A stretch of 58,943 bases of DNA, the filler included. It is 4 parts of 4 records of this genome, joined end to end, with 100 filler letters (N's around TTAATTAATTAA, not from the genome) between each part and the next. Parts side by side here need not be neighbours in the genome. Positions count along the whole stretch, not along the records: positions 16,080 to 34,941 come from DRR723986_15433; 3 more parts are not named here. One strand, written 5' to 3'. Under the pieces are notes generated by a model, which saw only the letters and a program-made list of their open reading frames with translations, searched no databases and was not told the origin of the DNA. Numbering within the stretch: the stretch's first letter is position 1; the number at the start of each line of letters is the position of its first letter. The translations under genes were made by a program, and so were the position numbers. Below are positions 17,258-27,009 of this stretch, piece after piece.

Positions 17258-17863
17258 ATGAAACTCTACTATGCCCCAAACAGCCGTGCCGTGCGTATCG
17301 CCTGGCTGCTCGAAGAGCTGGAAATTCCCTATGAGATCGAAAAGTTTTCGTTGGGTGACAAAGCTATGCGCGATCCAGCGTACAGAAAAATTCACCCGAT
17401 GGCGCGTGTTCCTTCATTGGAGGATGGGGACGTTTCAATTTTTGAATCCGGTGCCATTGTTCAATACCTACTCGCCCGGTATGGAGACGGTAAGCTTGCG
17501 CCCGAGGTAAATTCAAAAGAATTCCCTAACTACCTGCAATGGCTACACTATTGCGAAGGCATGATAATGCCCCCAATCAATACTATCGTGGTGGAAACCA
17601 TTCTCCTCCCACCTGAACGGCGCTCAGAACCCAATGCAAAACGCGCGACAAAATTGCTGAACCAGATGCTGCTCGCGGTTGAGCAACATATGGACGGGCG
17701 GGAATACCTTGCAGGAGCGTTTTCCGGGGCAGACATCATGACCGGGCACGCGGTAATCATGTCCAGGCGCTTGGGTGGAGATTTGAGAGACAAACCCAAC
17801 CTACAGGCCTATGCGGACCGATTAATGGCGCGGCCTGCGCTGCAAACAGCATGGGACTTGTGA
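17258..17863 (+). CDS. Glutathione S-transferase family protein
   Basis: MKLYYAPNSRA, HPMARVPSL, IFESGAI, FSGADIM. GGAGGA RBS. Confidence 0.93.
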   Translation: MKLYYAPNSRAVRIAWLLEELEIPYEIEKFSLGDKAMRDPAYRKIHPMARVPSLEDGDVSIFESGAIVQYLLARYGDGKLAPEVNSKEFPNYLQWLHYCEGMIMPPINTIVVETILLPPERRSEPNAKRATKLLNQMLLAVEQHMDGREYLAGAFSGADIMTGHAVIMSRRLGGDLRDKPNLQAYADRLMARPALQTAWDL

Positions 17864-18594
17864 TGGCGCCTATTGTTTTGATCGTCGGGGCTGGTGACTT
17901 TATCGGTGCCGCCATTGCCAAACGGTTTGCCCAAGGCGGGTTCACAGTATGTCTGGGGCGCCGCAATGGCGAAAAACTTGCGCCTTTGCTGAGTGAAATT
18001 GAGGCCATGGGCACAAAAGCCCATGCCTTTAGCATGGATGCGCGGGACGAAGAGTCTGTGATAGCGACATTCGCGGAGATCGAAAACAATATCGGCCCGC
18101 TCGAGGCCGTTATATTTAACGTTGGTGGCAACGTTCGGTTTCCAATCCAAGACACCACTGCACGTGTTTTCCGAAAAGTATGGGAAATGGCTTGTTTTGC
18201 AGGCTTTCTGACCGGTCGCGAGGCTGCGCGTTGCATGGTTCCACGCGAACGAGGGTCTATTTTCTTTACCGGTGCCTCTGCCTCTATGCGCGGGAATGAT
18301 GGCTTTGCGGCTTTTGCTGCGGGCAAAGCGGGGCTACGCGCCATGGCGCAGAGCCTGTCCAAAGAGCTTGGGCCAAAGAACATCCATGTGGCCCATCTGG
18401 TCATTGATGCAGGCGTCGACACAGCCTTTGTTCGGGAACGTATCAAAAAAGGCGGGGGAGATCCTGATACACTTCCGCCAGATACGCTGATGAACCCCAA
18501 CTCTGTCGCCGAGGCCTATTGGATGTTACATCAACAGAGCCGGGATGCCTGGACGTTCGAGCTGGATCTACGCCCGTATGGAGAAAAATGGTGA
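17863..18594 (+). CDS. Short-chain dehydrogenase (SDR)
   Basis: VGAGDFIG Rossmann motif, FTGASAS, FAAGK, HVAHLVIDAGV, WTFELDLRP. Confidence 0.9.
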   Translation: MAPIVLIVGAGDFIGAAIAKRFAQGGFTVCLGRRNGEKLAPLLSEIEAMGTKAHAFSMDARDEESVIATFAEIENNIGPLEAVIFNVGGNVRFPIQDTTARVFRKVWEMACFAGFLTGREAARCMVPRERGSIFFTGASASMRGNDGFAAFAAGKAGLRAMAQSLSKELGPKNIHVAHLVIDAGVDTAFVRERIKKGGGDPDTLPPDTLMNPNSVAEAYWMLHQQSRDAWTFELDLRPYGEKW

Positions 18595-19187
18595 GACAGG
18601 TTATTGATTTCTATTTCGATTTTGGAAGCCCTAATGCCTATCTGGTGCACAAAGTATTGCCGGACCTCGCACGGGCAAAAAATGCGATGGTCCGATACCA
18701 TCCGATCCTGTTGGGTGGTGTGTTCAAAGCCACCAACAACCAAAGCCCAATGACGGCATTTGCGGATGTGAAACATAAGCTCGCCTATCAAGAGTATGAA
18801 ATAAAAAGGTTTGTTTCTCGCCATCATCTAACGTTTCACATGAATCCGTATTTCCCGATCATGACTCTAGGGATCATGCGCGGCGCGAAATACGCCCAAG
18901 GAAAATCTTGGGAGGCCACATACCGCGATACAGTGTTCGATGCCATGTGGGTTCATGGCCAAAAGATGGATGACCCCGCGACAATTCAAGATGTCTTAAA
19001 TGACGCCGACCTACCGACCCAAGACATTCTTGAAGCTACACAAGACCCTGCAATTAAGGACGCGCTTGTAAATGCTACAACAACTGCCGTGGAACGTGGT
19101 GTATTTGGCGCCCCGTTTATGTTCGTCGGGGACGAGCCGTTTTTCGGGAAGAATACACTACAAGACATTGAAATGTATATGAAGTAA
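18588..19187 (+). CDS. 2-hydroxychromene-2-carboxylate isomerase / DsbA-like (GST kappa) protein
   Basis: DFYFDFGSPNAY, PILLGGVF, GVFGAPFMFV..FFGK. Confidence 0.9.
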   Translation: MVRQVIDFYFDFGSPNAYLVHKVLPDLARAKNAMVRYHPILLGGVFKATNNQSPMTAFADVKHKLAYQEYEIKRFVSRHHLTFHMNPYFPIMTLGIMRGAKYAQGKSWEATYRDTVFDAMWVHGQKMDDPATIQDVLNDADLPTQDILEATQDPAIKDALVNATTTAVERGVFGAPFMFVGDEPFFGKNTLQDIEMYMK

Positions 19188-19190
19188 AAT

Positions 19191-19218
19191 TGAGCCCGCC
19201 AAAGTTGGGCGGGCTCAG
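19191..19218. terminator. Bidirectional intrinsic terminator between convergent genes
   Basis: TGAGCCCGCC-loop-GGCGGGCTCA, 10-bp stem. Confidence 0.75.
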
Positions 19219-19225
19219 ATTAACT

Positions 19226-20467
19226 TTATGGACGTTGCATCTTACACGTTGTTGGACTGTCGGCTGCCGCCATATCCACCGTATTTTCAACCAAAAGACC
19301 ATAGCCCGAGTTGTCCATATCGTGGCTCACCTCGTCGGTATGCCCTTGGATATGAACGGCTTGGATCGCCTGGTGATCAGATTCACGCATTTTGATCTTT
19401 GTTCCCCAGATCGAGTCATGCTCCATCCCTTCAAGGGCATGCGCAATAGCAACCACATCTGTGGCTGATCCAGCATCGTCAATCGCACGAGCCAACATTT
19501 CCATCACATTGGCGATACGTGGCTGACCCAAATCATCATCAGGATAGCGGGCTTTGAAGGCTTTGGAATAGGCATCCGCACGATCCGAAACGGGTGGGTT
19601 GATCTGGCCTTCGCCAACCAGTTTCAACGACCCTTTGCCAGACTCACCAAAGGCGGCTGTGATCCCTGTCCCTGCAGCGTAATAGGTATAGATCGGGCCC
19701 TCATACCCGTTTTCGAGGATAGCCTTGCCAAGGCCACGCATATCAGCGCCCCAGTTACCGGTGATCACAGCATCCGCTTCGGCCGCCATGATTTTGCGAC
19801 CATATGGAGTGAAATCCTTGATCTTGCCGATTGGGTGCAGCTCATTGCCGACGATTTCGATATCGGGCCGCTTTTCCCCAAGAAACTTAACTGCTGCAGC
19901 TGCAACCGCTTTGCCAAAGGAGTAGTCTTGGCCAATCACGTAGACCTTTTTGATGTCATCCTTTTCAGCGATGACATCCGTCAGAGCGTCCATTTTGATG
20001 TCTGCGTTGGCGTCAAAACGGAAATGCCAAAAATTACATTTGTCATTCGTCAGAGCCGGATCGACAGCCGAATAATTCAGGAACAAGACACGTTTTTCGG
20101 GGTTTCGTTTGTTGTGTTTTTTGATTGCATCCGTCAAAGCATTTGCCACACCCGAGGAATTCCCTTGAGCAATGAACCTGATGCCTTGATCGATCGCAAC
20201 TTGCAGTTGGATCAGGGATTCTTTGGCGCTGATCTTGTTATCAAACGGGACGATTTCGAATTCTTGCCCACCAAGAACACCCCCCTTTTGATTTACCAAC
20301 TGGTCTGCGGCAAATTCATATTGATGCAGCCCATCCTCGCCAGTCGCGGCAAACGGCCCTGATAGCGGATCAATAAAAGCGATTTTGATATTTTCGGCGA
20401 ATCCAGCAGATGCACTTACAACCAATGCAAGTGCAGTAGACAAACCAAACCATGTAATAGTGCGCAT
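19226..20467 (-). CDS. Branched-chain amino acid-type ABC transporter substrate-binding protein
   Basis: Signal peptide; KIAFIDPLSGPFA, QGNSSGVA, CNFWHFRFDA, QDYSFG, ITGNWG (LivJ-like periplasmic binding fold). Confidence 0.9.
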   Translation of the reverse strand: MRTITWFGLSTALALVVSASAGFAENIKIAFIDPLSGPFAATGEDGLHQYEFAADQLVNQKGGVLGGQEFEIVPFDNKISAKESLIQLQVAIDQGIRFIAQGNSSGVANALTDAIKKHNKRNPEKRVLFLNYSAVDPALTNDKCNFWHFRFDANADIKMDALTDVIAEKDDIKKVYVIGQDYSFGKAVAAAAVKFLGEKRPDIEIVGNELHPIGKIKDFTPYGRKIMAAEADAVITGNWGADMRGLGKAILENGYEGPIYTYYAAGTGITAAFGESGKGSLKLVGEGQINPPVSDRADAYSKAFKARYPDDDLGQPRIANVMEMLARAIDDAGSATDVVAIAHALEGMEHDSIWGTKIKMRESDHQAIQAVHIQGHTDEVSHDMDNSGYGLLVENTVDMAAADSPTTCKMQRP

Positions 20468-20568
20468 TTTGGATTTCTCCTCCCTAATCCAAGCCCGGCG
20501 TTTGTTATTTGCCATGGCCTTCTTAGGCTTGCACATACTCTCACAAAGTCAACAGTTTGATCCATGCG

Positions 20569-21369
20569 TCAAGGTTTGAGGCTCAGGAAATTGGCGGCTT
20601 CGATCAATCGAGGCGAATAATCGCGTTCTAGTTGCTCTGCTGAAACGTGGAAACTTGGCCCGCCGACATTCAATCCGTAAACCCGAGCACTATTTAGCGA
20701 TCGCACTGGAACCGCGATCCCATTCACGTCAGCGCGCCATTCCCCAAACCCAGAACAATACCCCTTTTCATCATATTCGACCTGCGCTGCTGCGTAACTG
20801 TCCCACAATTCAGATGTTGACACATCCAGATCCTTAGCACTTTGTGCGATTTTAATTTCCCGATCTTGTTCCGTAAGACCGACCAGAATGGCCCGGCCAA
20901 TGGCGGATCGAAACAGCGGTAAACGAGACCCCACGTGCATCGACAAAGATACATCTTCGCGCGACCTGTGAACTGCAACATAAATGACGTCGCTGCGATG
21001 GGCCTCTCCCAAGGCTGCTGTGATGTATGAGTTGCCGCTATTGCGAAGAGATCGCAAAACATCCGATGCACGGTCACAAATATCCATGCCAGACAGAACC
21101 CCGAACCCGAGGTTCAAAACACCGACCCCCAACCGATACGTACCCGATTGCGGGTCGTTAACAAGATAACCCAAGCGGCACAGCGTATAGGTCAATCGAG
21201 AGATCGTCGGTTTGGGCAGATCGGTCCGCTCTGAAAAATCTAGATTGCTCAGAGCAACCTCGCCCGGGCGAAAACAACACAACAGGTCCAGCCCGCGCGA
21301 AAGAGCGGTAACAAAATTTCGATCTTTGAGGTCTTCATCCCCCATTGCGCTATTTCCCTGATCACCCAT
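20569..21369 (-). CDS. IclR family transcriptional regulator
   Basis: FVTALSRGLDLL, LPKPTISRLTYTL HTH, GSRLPLFRSAIGRA, NGIAVPV. Confidence 0.94.
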   Translation of the reverse strand: MGDQGNSAMGDEDLKDRNFVTALSRGLDLLCCFRPGEVALSNLDFSERTDLPKPTISRLTYTLCRLGYLVNDPQSGTYRLGVGVLNLGFGVLSGMDICDRASDVLRSLRNSGNSYITAALGEAHRSDVIYVAVHRSREDVSLSMHVGSRLPLFRSAIGRAILVGLTEQDREIKIAQSAKDLDVSTSELWDSYAAAQVEYDEKGYCSGFGEWRADVNGIAVPVRSLNSARVYGLNVGGPSFHVSAEQLERDYSPRLIEAANFLSLKP

Positions 21370-21380
21370 CCCCAGCTCCG

Positions 21381-22409
21381 TTACATATCCAAGGCCTCCA
21401 ACCCGCGTTTTGCAAAGACCGGTACGTACTGGCCCAACGTCAAAGCGCGTTCAGGATTTGACGCATTGCCATCCAAAGCCCGTTTTAGAACACCCTGAAT
21501 AATGGCCGCCATGCGGAAGAAGTTGAAGGACAGATAAAATCCGAAATTATCTATCCTATTCAAACCGCGACGCTCACAATACTTGGCGATAAATTCTGCG
21601 TCAGAGGGCAAACCAAGGGCCACGCGGTCAATCCCTGCCATCCCGCGCCCTTCGTTTCCGACGGGCATTTGCCATTGCATGATCACCGCTGCCAGATCCG
21701 CATATGGGTGACCAATGGTCGACAATTCCCAATCCAAAATGCCAAGGCATTTGGTGCCGTCCTTTTCAAACATCATGTTGTCGATGCGATAGTCGCCATG
21801 AACCAGCGTGCGTTGTCCATCATCAACTGGCATGTTTGATTGCAATGCGTCGATCAACTGGTCCATCTCAGAAACCTTATCTATTTCGGACGCCCGGTAT
21901 TGCTTGGACCAGCGCCCGATTTGACGCTCAAAATAATTGCCCGGAGGGCCATAATCAGCCAGCCCAACCGCATCGATATCTACCATGTGCAAAGCCGCCA
22001 GCACCCGGTTCATTTCATCGATTACGGCTGTTCGCGTTTCGTTGCTCTCGTTTGGCATGGTCGGTTCAGAAAAGTTACGCCCGTCGAGATGGTCCATGAT
22101 ATAAAAGGATGATCCAATGATTGCGTCATCTTCACATAACAAATGCATCTTGGCGACGGGCACATCACTATCGGCAAGGGCGTGTTGAACTCGAAACTCC
22201 CGATCTACAGCATGGGCAGATTTAAGCAAAACTCCGGGTGGCTTACGGCGCAACACGTAGTTCCGCGTCGGGGTTTTCAACCAAAAGGTGGGGTTCGATT
22301 GCCCCGTGGCGAATTTTTCCGCCTCCAACGGGCCTTGGTACCCCGGCAAGTTGGTGCTTAGGTAGGCATCAACAGACGTCAGATCTAGCGTTTGTGCTGT
22401 ATTGCTCAT
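21381..22409 (-). CDS. APH-family phosphotransferase (ACAD10/11 kinase-domain / LvaA-like)
   Basis: GQSNPTF, LRRKPPG..SAHAVDRE, HGDYRIDN, LDWELSTIGHP. Confidence 0.92.
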   Translation of the reverse strand: MSNTAQTLDLTSVDAYLSTNLPGYQGPLEAEKFATGQSNPTFWLKTPTRNYVLRRKPPGVLLKSAHAVDREFRVQHALADSDVPVAKMHLLCEDDAIIGSSFYIMDHLDGRNFSEPTMPNESNETRTAVIDEMNRVLAALHMVDIDAVGLADYGPPGNYFERQIGRWSKQYRASEIDKVSEMDQLIDALQSNMPVDDGQRTLVHGDYRIDNMMFEKDGTKCLGILDWELSTIGHPYADLAAVIMQWQMPVGNEGRGMAGIDRVALGLPSDAEFIAKYCERRGLNRIDNFGFYLSFNFFRMAAIIQGVLKRALDGNASNPERALTLGQYVPVFAKRGLEALDM

Positions 22410-22422
22410 CTTGGGTTCCTCA

Positions 22423-23073
22423 TCAGCTGTAGGTCAGCGATTTTGCAGTGTCTGGAGTCGCAAAATGGGGAGTCGCATTGAATTCATGCAGGAAAAAAGC
22501 ACGGCTAGAGAAAATGAACTTTGTCATCGCCGTATTTTTCACCTGCAGATTCAGTGCGATCATTTGCTCAGGCGGGGCGTTTAGGCAATCTGCAACCAGC
22601 TGTCCGATAGCACCACCAGAGCTGACAACCAAAACACGCTGTTTATCTGTGTCGACCGCAAAGTTCTGAGCCGCCACCAAACGCGCCTTAAACTCGATCC
22701 AGGTTTCGCGCGCACCGGTCAAACCACCAGCCTGCCATTCACGTAGTGTTTCGCGCAACGTGCGAAAGTGCGTTTTGCGATCCCCACGGACAAGATCTGG
22801 GATCGTCCCGCCAAATTTTACTCGCAACAAATCATCAAAGTCATACTCGTTGAACCCAGCGTGTTCTTCCGGGATCGTGTCATATCCCATTGACGCAACG
22901 GTTTCCTTTTGGCGTGTCAGGGACCCTGTCACCAAACGGTCAGGGACCCAACCCATTTCGCGCAGGGCGGCACCAGCCAACGCCGACTGCTGGTGGCCCA
23001 AATCGCTAAGGCGATCATAATTATCCGTTCCAAATGACGCCTGCGCGTGTCGGACGACCAGAAGTTCAGCCAT
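22423..23073 (-). CDS. Histidine phosphatase family protein
   Basis: VRHAQASFG, SLTRQKET, NEYD, VVSSGG, NATPH. Confidence 0.88.
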   Translation of the reverse strand: MAELLVVRHAQASFGTDNYDRLSDLGHQQSALAGAALREMGWVPDRLVTGSLTRQKETVASMGYDTIPEEHAGFNEYDFDDLLRVKFGGTIPDLVRGDRKTHFRTLRETLREWQAGGLTGARETWIEFKARLVAAQNFAVDTDKQRVLVVSSGGAIGQLVADCLNAPPEQMIALNLQVKNTAMTKFIFSSRAFFLHEFNATPHFATPDTAKSLTYS

Positions 23074-23076
23074 GAT

Positions 23077-24087
23077 TTACCCTGTGAATTCCGACGCGAG
23101 GCGCGCCCCTGCAGCGCGGTATTCTTGATCAATCCGGTCAACCAGTTCGCCTGTTGTCACGACGTCTTGAACGTCGCCAATACCCTGACCTGATCCCCAG
23201 ATTTCTTTCCAGGCTTTTGGCTTGGAAGATCCCTGTCCAAAGTTCATCGACGAAGAGTCCGCAGATGGCAGGTCATTTGGATCCATGCCCGCACGTTCAA
23301 CGGATTTTTTAAGATAGTTGCCATGCACGCCAGTAAACAAAGAAGAATAAACGATATCCTCGGCGGTGCTGTCGACGATCATCTGTTTGTACTCATCTTG
23401 CGCGTTGGCCTCTTTCGTCGCGATGAAGGGCGAACCAGCATAACCAAAATCGGCCCCAAGCGCTCGCGCTGCTAGCAAGGCCTCGCCACTGGCGATGGCG
23501 CCTGACAAAGCAAGCGGCCCGTCAAACCATGACCGGATTTCACGGATCAGCGCAAAAGGGGATTGTTGACCGGCATGACCACCTGCACCAGCGGCAACAG
23601 CAATCAAACCATCTGCACCTTTATCAATCGCTTTCTTTGCGAAAGTGTTGTTGATGATATCGTGCAGTACGACGCCGCCACAAGAATGCGCGGCTTCGTT
23701 AACTTCGACCCGCGCACCCAAGGAGGTAATCCAAACCGGCACTTCCCATTTGGCACATATCTCAAGGTCTCTGTCCAATCGTGCGTTCGACCGGTGCACG
23801 ATCTGGTTCACCGCATAAGGGGCTGCTGGATTGTCTGGGTTCTCTTGATTATGACGATCCAACTCTTCGGTGATTTGCTTGAGCCACGCCTCCAACAACG
23901 GGGGTTCGCCCTCTGCTTCGCGAGCATTCAACGCAGGAAATGCGCCGATAATGCCTGCTTTGCATTGCGCGATGACCAATTCGGGAACCGAGATGATGAA
24001 CAACGGTGAGCCGATCAAGGGTATCCGCAGCCCGCGTAGGGCTTTGGGCAAGTGGCTATCGTTGCGTGTCCAGTTACTGTCTTTCAT
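23077..24087 (-). CDS. Nitronate monooxygenase family flavoprotein (FabK-like TIM barrel)
   Basis: PLIGSPLFIIS, GAGGHAG, LSGAIASG, WGSGQG. Confidence 0.9.
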   Translation of the reverse strand: MKDSNWTRNDSHLPKALRGLRIPLIGSPLFIISVPELVIAQCKAGIIGAFPALNAREAEGEPPLLEAWLKQITEELDRHNQENPDNPAAPYAVNQIVHRSNARLDRDLEICAKWEVPVWITSLGARVEVNEAAHSCGGVVLHDIINNTFAKKAIDKGADGLIAVAAGAGGHAGQQSPFALIREIRSWFDGPLALSGAIASGEALLAARALGADFGYAGSPFIATKEANAQDEYKQMIVDSTAEDIVYSSLFTGVHGNYLKKSVERAGMDPNDLPSADSSSMNFGQGSSKPKAWKEIWGSGQGIGDVQDVVTTGELVDRIDQEYRAAGARLASEFTG

Positions 24088-24116
24088 TTCAACACCTTGT
24101 CTTGAAAAGGTTAAGT

Positions 24117-25046
24117 TCACTCCCCCCAAGGGAGCGACAGGCCACGGGCTTCGGCAGCTTTGCGGGCATATTTTTTGGTTTGGCTAAAGGCATCCGTCAA
24201 CTCTTGCTGATGAGTTGCATCTTGCATTTGTTCCATCTGAGCCGCGACATTTTCCGGCGTGATTTCATCCCCTTGCAACAGAATGCCGTCAGTTTCGTAA
24301 ACGCGTGTTTGTGCAAAACAACCTGCACCTGCCGACATGATCACGCGCGACGGCGCATCGTCACTAACGAGATATAGCAAACCGGGCGTGATGGTTTCCG
24401 GGGCAAGCAGTTCAAGCGCCTCGGGTGGCATCAAGCTTTCAGTCATACGTGTTGCAGCGGTCGGGGCCAGACAATTCACCCGAATATCTTCGCGTGCGCC
24501 TTCGAGATGCAAAACATTCATCAAGCCCATCATCGCGGCCTTGGCAGCCCCATAGTTGGCCTGACCAAAGTTTCCATAGAGCCCAGACCCGGATGAGGTG
24601 AGCACGACGCGACCGTATCCTTGAGCCCGGAAAATGGGCCAACACGCGTGTGTGCAGTTCGCGCTGCCGATCAGATGGACATCAACAACTTTTCGGAAAT
24701 CCTCCATCGTCATTTTGCCAAAAGTCTTATCACGCAGAATACCTGCGTTGTTGACCAGAATGTCGATACGGCCCCACGCCTCCATGGTCTTTGCGACCAT
24801 ATCAGCCACTTCCGCCTCAGACCCCACATCTGCACCATGTGCGATGGCTTCGCCACCGGCGGCACGAATTTCCTCTGCTACAGTTTCCGCCGCGTCGGAT
24901 GAACGTCCTTGGCCATCAGTAGAAACACCCAGATCATTGATCACCACTTTGGCGCCACGTTCCGCCAGACCCAACGCATGACTGCGTCCAAGTCCAGTGC
25001 CCGCGCCGGTCACAATTGCCACGCGACCATCAAATCGAATACCCAT
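24117..25046 (-). CDS. SDR, hydroxyacyl-CoA dehydrogenase-like (MFE-2 N-terminal type)
   Basis: TGAGTGLG, VINDLG, NNAGILRD, GNFGQANYGAAK. Confidence 0.92.
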   Translation of the reverse strand: MGIRFDGRVAIVTGAGTGLGRSHALGLAERGAKVVINDLGVSTDGQGRSSDAAETVAEEIRAAGGEAIAHGADVGSEAEVADMVAKTMEAWGRIDILVNNAGILRDKTFGKMTMEDFRKVVDVHLIGSANCTHACWPIFRAQGYGRVVLTSSGSGLYGNFGQANYGAAKAAMMGLMNVLHLEGAREDIRVNCLAPTAATRMTESLMPPEALELLAPETITPGLLYLVSDDAPSRVIMSAGAGCFAQTRVYETDGILLQGDEITPENVAAQMEQMQDATHQQELTDAFSQTKKYARKAAEARGLSLPWGE

Positions 25047-25057
25047 AACTACGTCCT

Positions 25058-25879
25058 TTAATGCATTGCTTTTTCAAACAGATTATGACCCGACATGACA
25101 TTTATGCCGCCAGAAACGGGGATCACAGCGCCGGTAATATAGGCCCCGCCGCGTCCGCACAGGAACAGCATACAGCCCGCAATATCTTCGTCACGTCCGA
25201 CACGTCCCAATGGAACATCACCACCAACTTTTTCGCGCATGTCTTCGTCAGCGGTTGCAAAGGCAGTCATCCGTGACACGAAAGGCCCCGGTGCGAGCGA
25301 ATTGACGGTTACAGACTGTCCGGCAAGCTCTTTCGCCAAGATCTTACTCATGTGGATGACAGCCGCCTTTGAGGCGGCATAGCTATATGCACCGTCTCCC
25401 ATAGGGATTTCGCCCATAACCGACCCAACGTTTACAACACGCGCCGGGTCGTCAACGGTTCCAGAGGCAATCAACATAGGCAGTAGTTTCTGGGTGAGGT
25501 CAAACACACCAGAAACATTAACCGCCATCACTTTCTCCCATGCTTCATGCGGGAATTGACCAAGAGGCGCGCCCCAAGTAATTCCAGCATTATTCATAAG
25601 TATATCAAGTGTTTCTGTTCGTTTTTTAACCTCGGATATCAGCGCATCAACGCCTGCTTTTGTACCAACATCGCCAGCGAACCCTTCGGCGGTGCCGGGT
25701 GCATCTAAATCATTCAGTTGTTGTGCTACAGCTTCGCAAGCATCTGCTTTACGAGACGCGATCAAAACGCGGGCACCGGCGCGCACAAGCGCTTCGGCAG
25801 CCATGCGTCCGATACCTGTGGCACCGCCGGTAACCAGAGCTGTTTTACCATGCAGTGAAAAGAGTGCTTCGGGTGTCAT
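25058..25879 (-). CDS. SDR oxidoreductase
   Basis: TGGATGIG, NNAGITWG, YAASK, LAPGPF. Confidence 0.92.
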   Translation of the reverse strand: MTPEALFSLHGKTALVTGGATGIGRMAAEALVRAGARVLIASRKADACEAVAQQLNDLDAPGTAEGFAGDVGTKAGVDALISEVKKRTETLDILMNNAGITWGAPLGQFPHEAWEKVMAVNVSGVFDLTQKLLPMLIASGTVDDPARVVNVGSVMGEIPMGDGAYSYAASKAAVIHMSKILAKELAGQSVTVNSLAPGPFVSRMTAFATADEDMREKVGGDVPLGRVGRDEDIAGCMLFLCGRGGAYITGAVIPVSGGINVMSGHNLFEKAMH

Positions 25880-25888
25880 GATTAATCC

Positions 25889-27004
25889 TTAGAATCCGCG
25901 CGCTTGCGCGATAATGTTAGCGTGATATCCATAATCGCCCAGCCACTCGGTGGCGACGCGCGCGCGCTTCATGTAAAAACCCATGTCAAAGGCGTCGGTC
26001 ATGCCAATGCCACCATGCATCTGTACGCCTTCTTGCACGGCAAGCTGCGCTGTTTCTGTTGCGCGGGCTTTTGCAAGGGACACAGCCAGTGCCGCATTAT
26101 CGGGGTCTTCGTCCAATGCACGACCAGCATTCAAGATCGCCGAGGCTGTCACTTCACACTCACACCATAGATGCGCAGCACGGTGTTGCAGGGCCTGAAA
26201 CGCTCCAATCGGAATACCGAACTGTTTGCGCTCTTTCAGATATTCAACCGTCATCCCAAACGCACCAACAGCAAGGCCCGCCATTTCAGCCGCCAAGGCA
26301 GCCTGCCCGGCTTGTAACGCGGGTTTAAGAACGCTCATTGCGTCATCAACCTGCCCCAATACATCCTCACCAGTGGCTTCGACATTGTCGAAATGGACCA
26401 GAGCTGCATCTCGATTGTCGATCATTTCTTTGGCTTCGCGTATGATCCCGGGCCGATCCCCCGGCAAGTCAAACAAGGTCAATCCATCCTTGGTCCGTGC
26501 CAAAACCAGCATGCGATCTGCGTTCCCCCCATCAACAACAAACCGTTTTTCACCTGAAAGACGGAAACCATTGCCTTCGCGACGCGCTTCGAGCTGCGTG
26601 GCATCGGGATTAAATTTGGCGCTTTCGTCAACTGCCAGGGCATACGTCACGTTGCCCGATGCGATCTGGCGCAAAGCCTCGGTAGCGCGTGTATCGCTGA
26701 CCTGTCGCAACGCCGTCGCAGCAATCACCGCTGTCGCGATAAAGGGCGATGACACCAGCGTTTTTCCCATTTCACCAGCCAGAACACTGGCCGCGGCGTG
26801 CCCCATGTCCGAACCACCGGCCTCTTCTGGGACTAGAATGCCAGCCCAGCCCATGTCTGCCATGGACTTCCACAAAGCCGCATCATGTGTTTGGCCAGCA
26901 TCGCGCAATCCACGCAGATGCGAAACCGGGGCTGCATCATCCAGAAATCCGCGTGCCGCATCCGCGAGCATGACTTCTTCTTCTGTTGTTACCAGTTTTG
27001 CCAT
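25889..27004 (-). CDS. Acyl-CoA dehydrogenase, partner subunit of a heteromeric pair (PimD-like)
   Basis: ERKQFGIPIGAFQALQHR, QMHGGIGMT. The C-terminal IxxGTxE motif is absent (WLGD instead). Confidence 0.88.
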   Translation of the reverse strand: MAKLVTTEEEVMLADAARGFLDDAAPVSHLRGLRDAGQTHDAALWKSMADMGWAGILVPEEAGGSDMGHAAASVLAGEMGKTLVSSPFIATAVIAATALRQVSDTRATEALRQIASGNVTYALAVDESAKFNPDATQLEARREGNGFRLSGEKRFVVDGGNADRMLVLARTKDGLTLFDLPGDRPGIIREAKEMIDNRDAALVHFDNVEATGEDVLGQVDDAMSVLKPALQAGQAALAAEMAGLAVGAFGMTVEYLKERKQFGIPIGAFQALQHRAAHLWCECEVTASAILNAGRALDEDPDNAALAVSLAKARATETAQLAVQEGVQMHGGIGMTDAFDMGFYMKRARVATEWLGDYGYHANIIAQARGF

Positions 27005-27009
27005 TTCTT

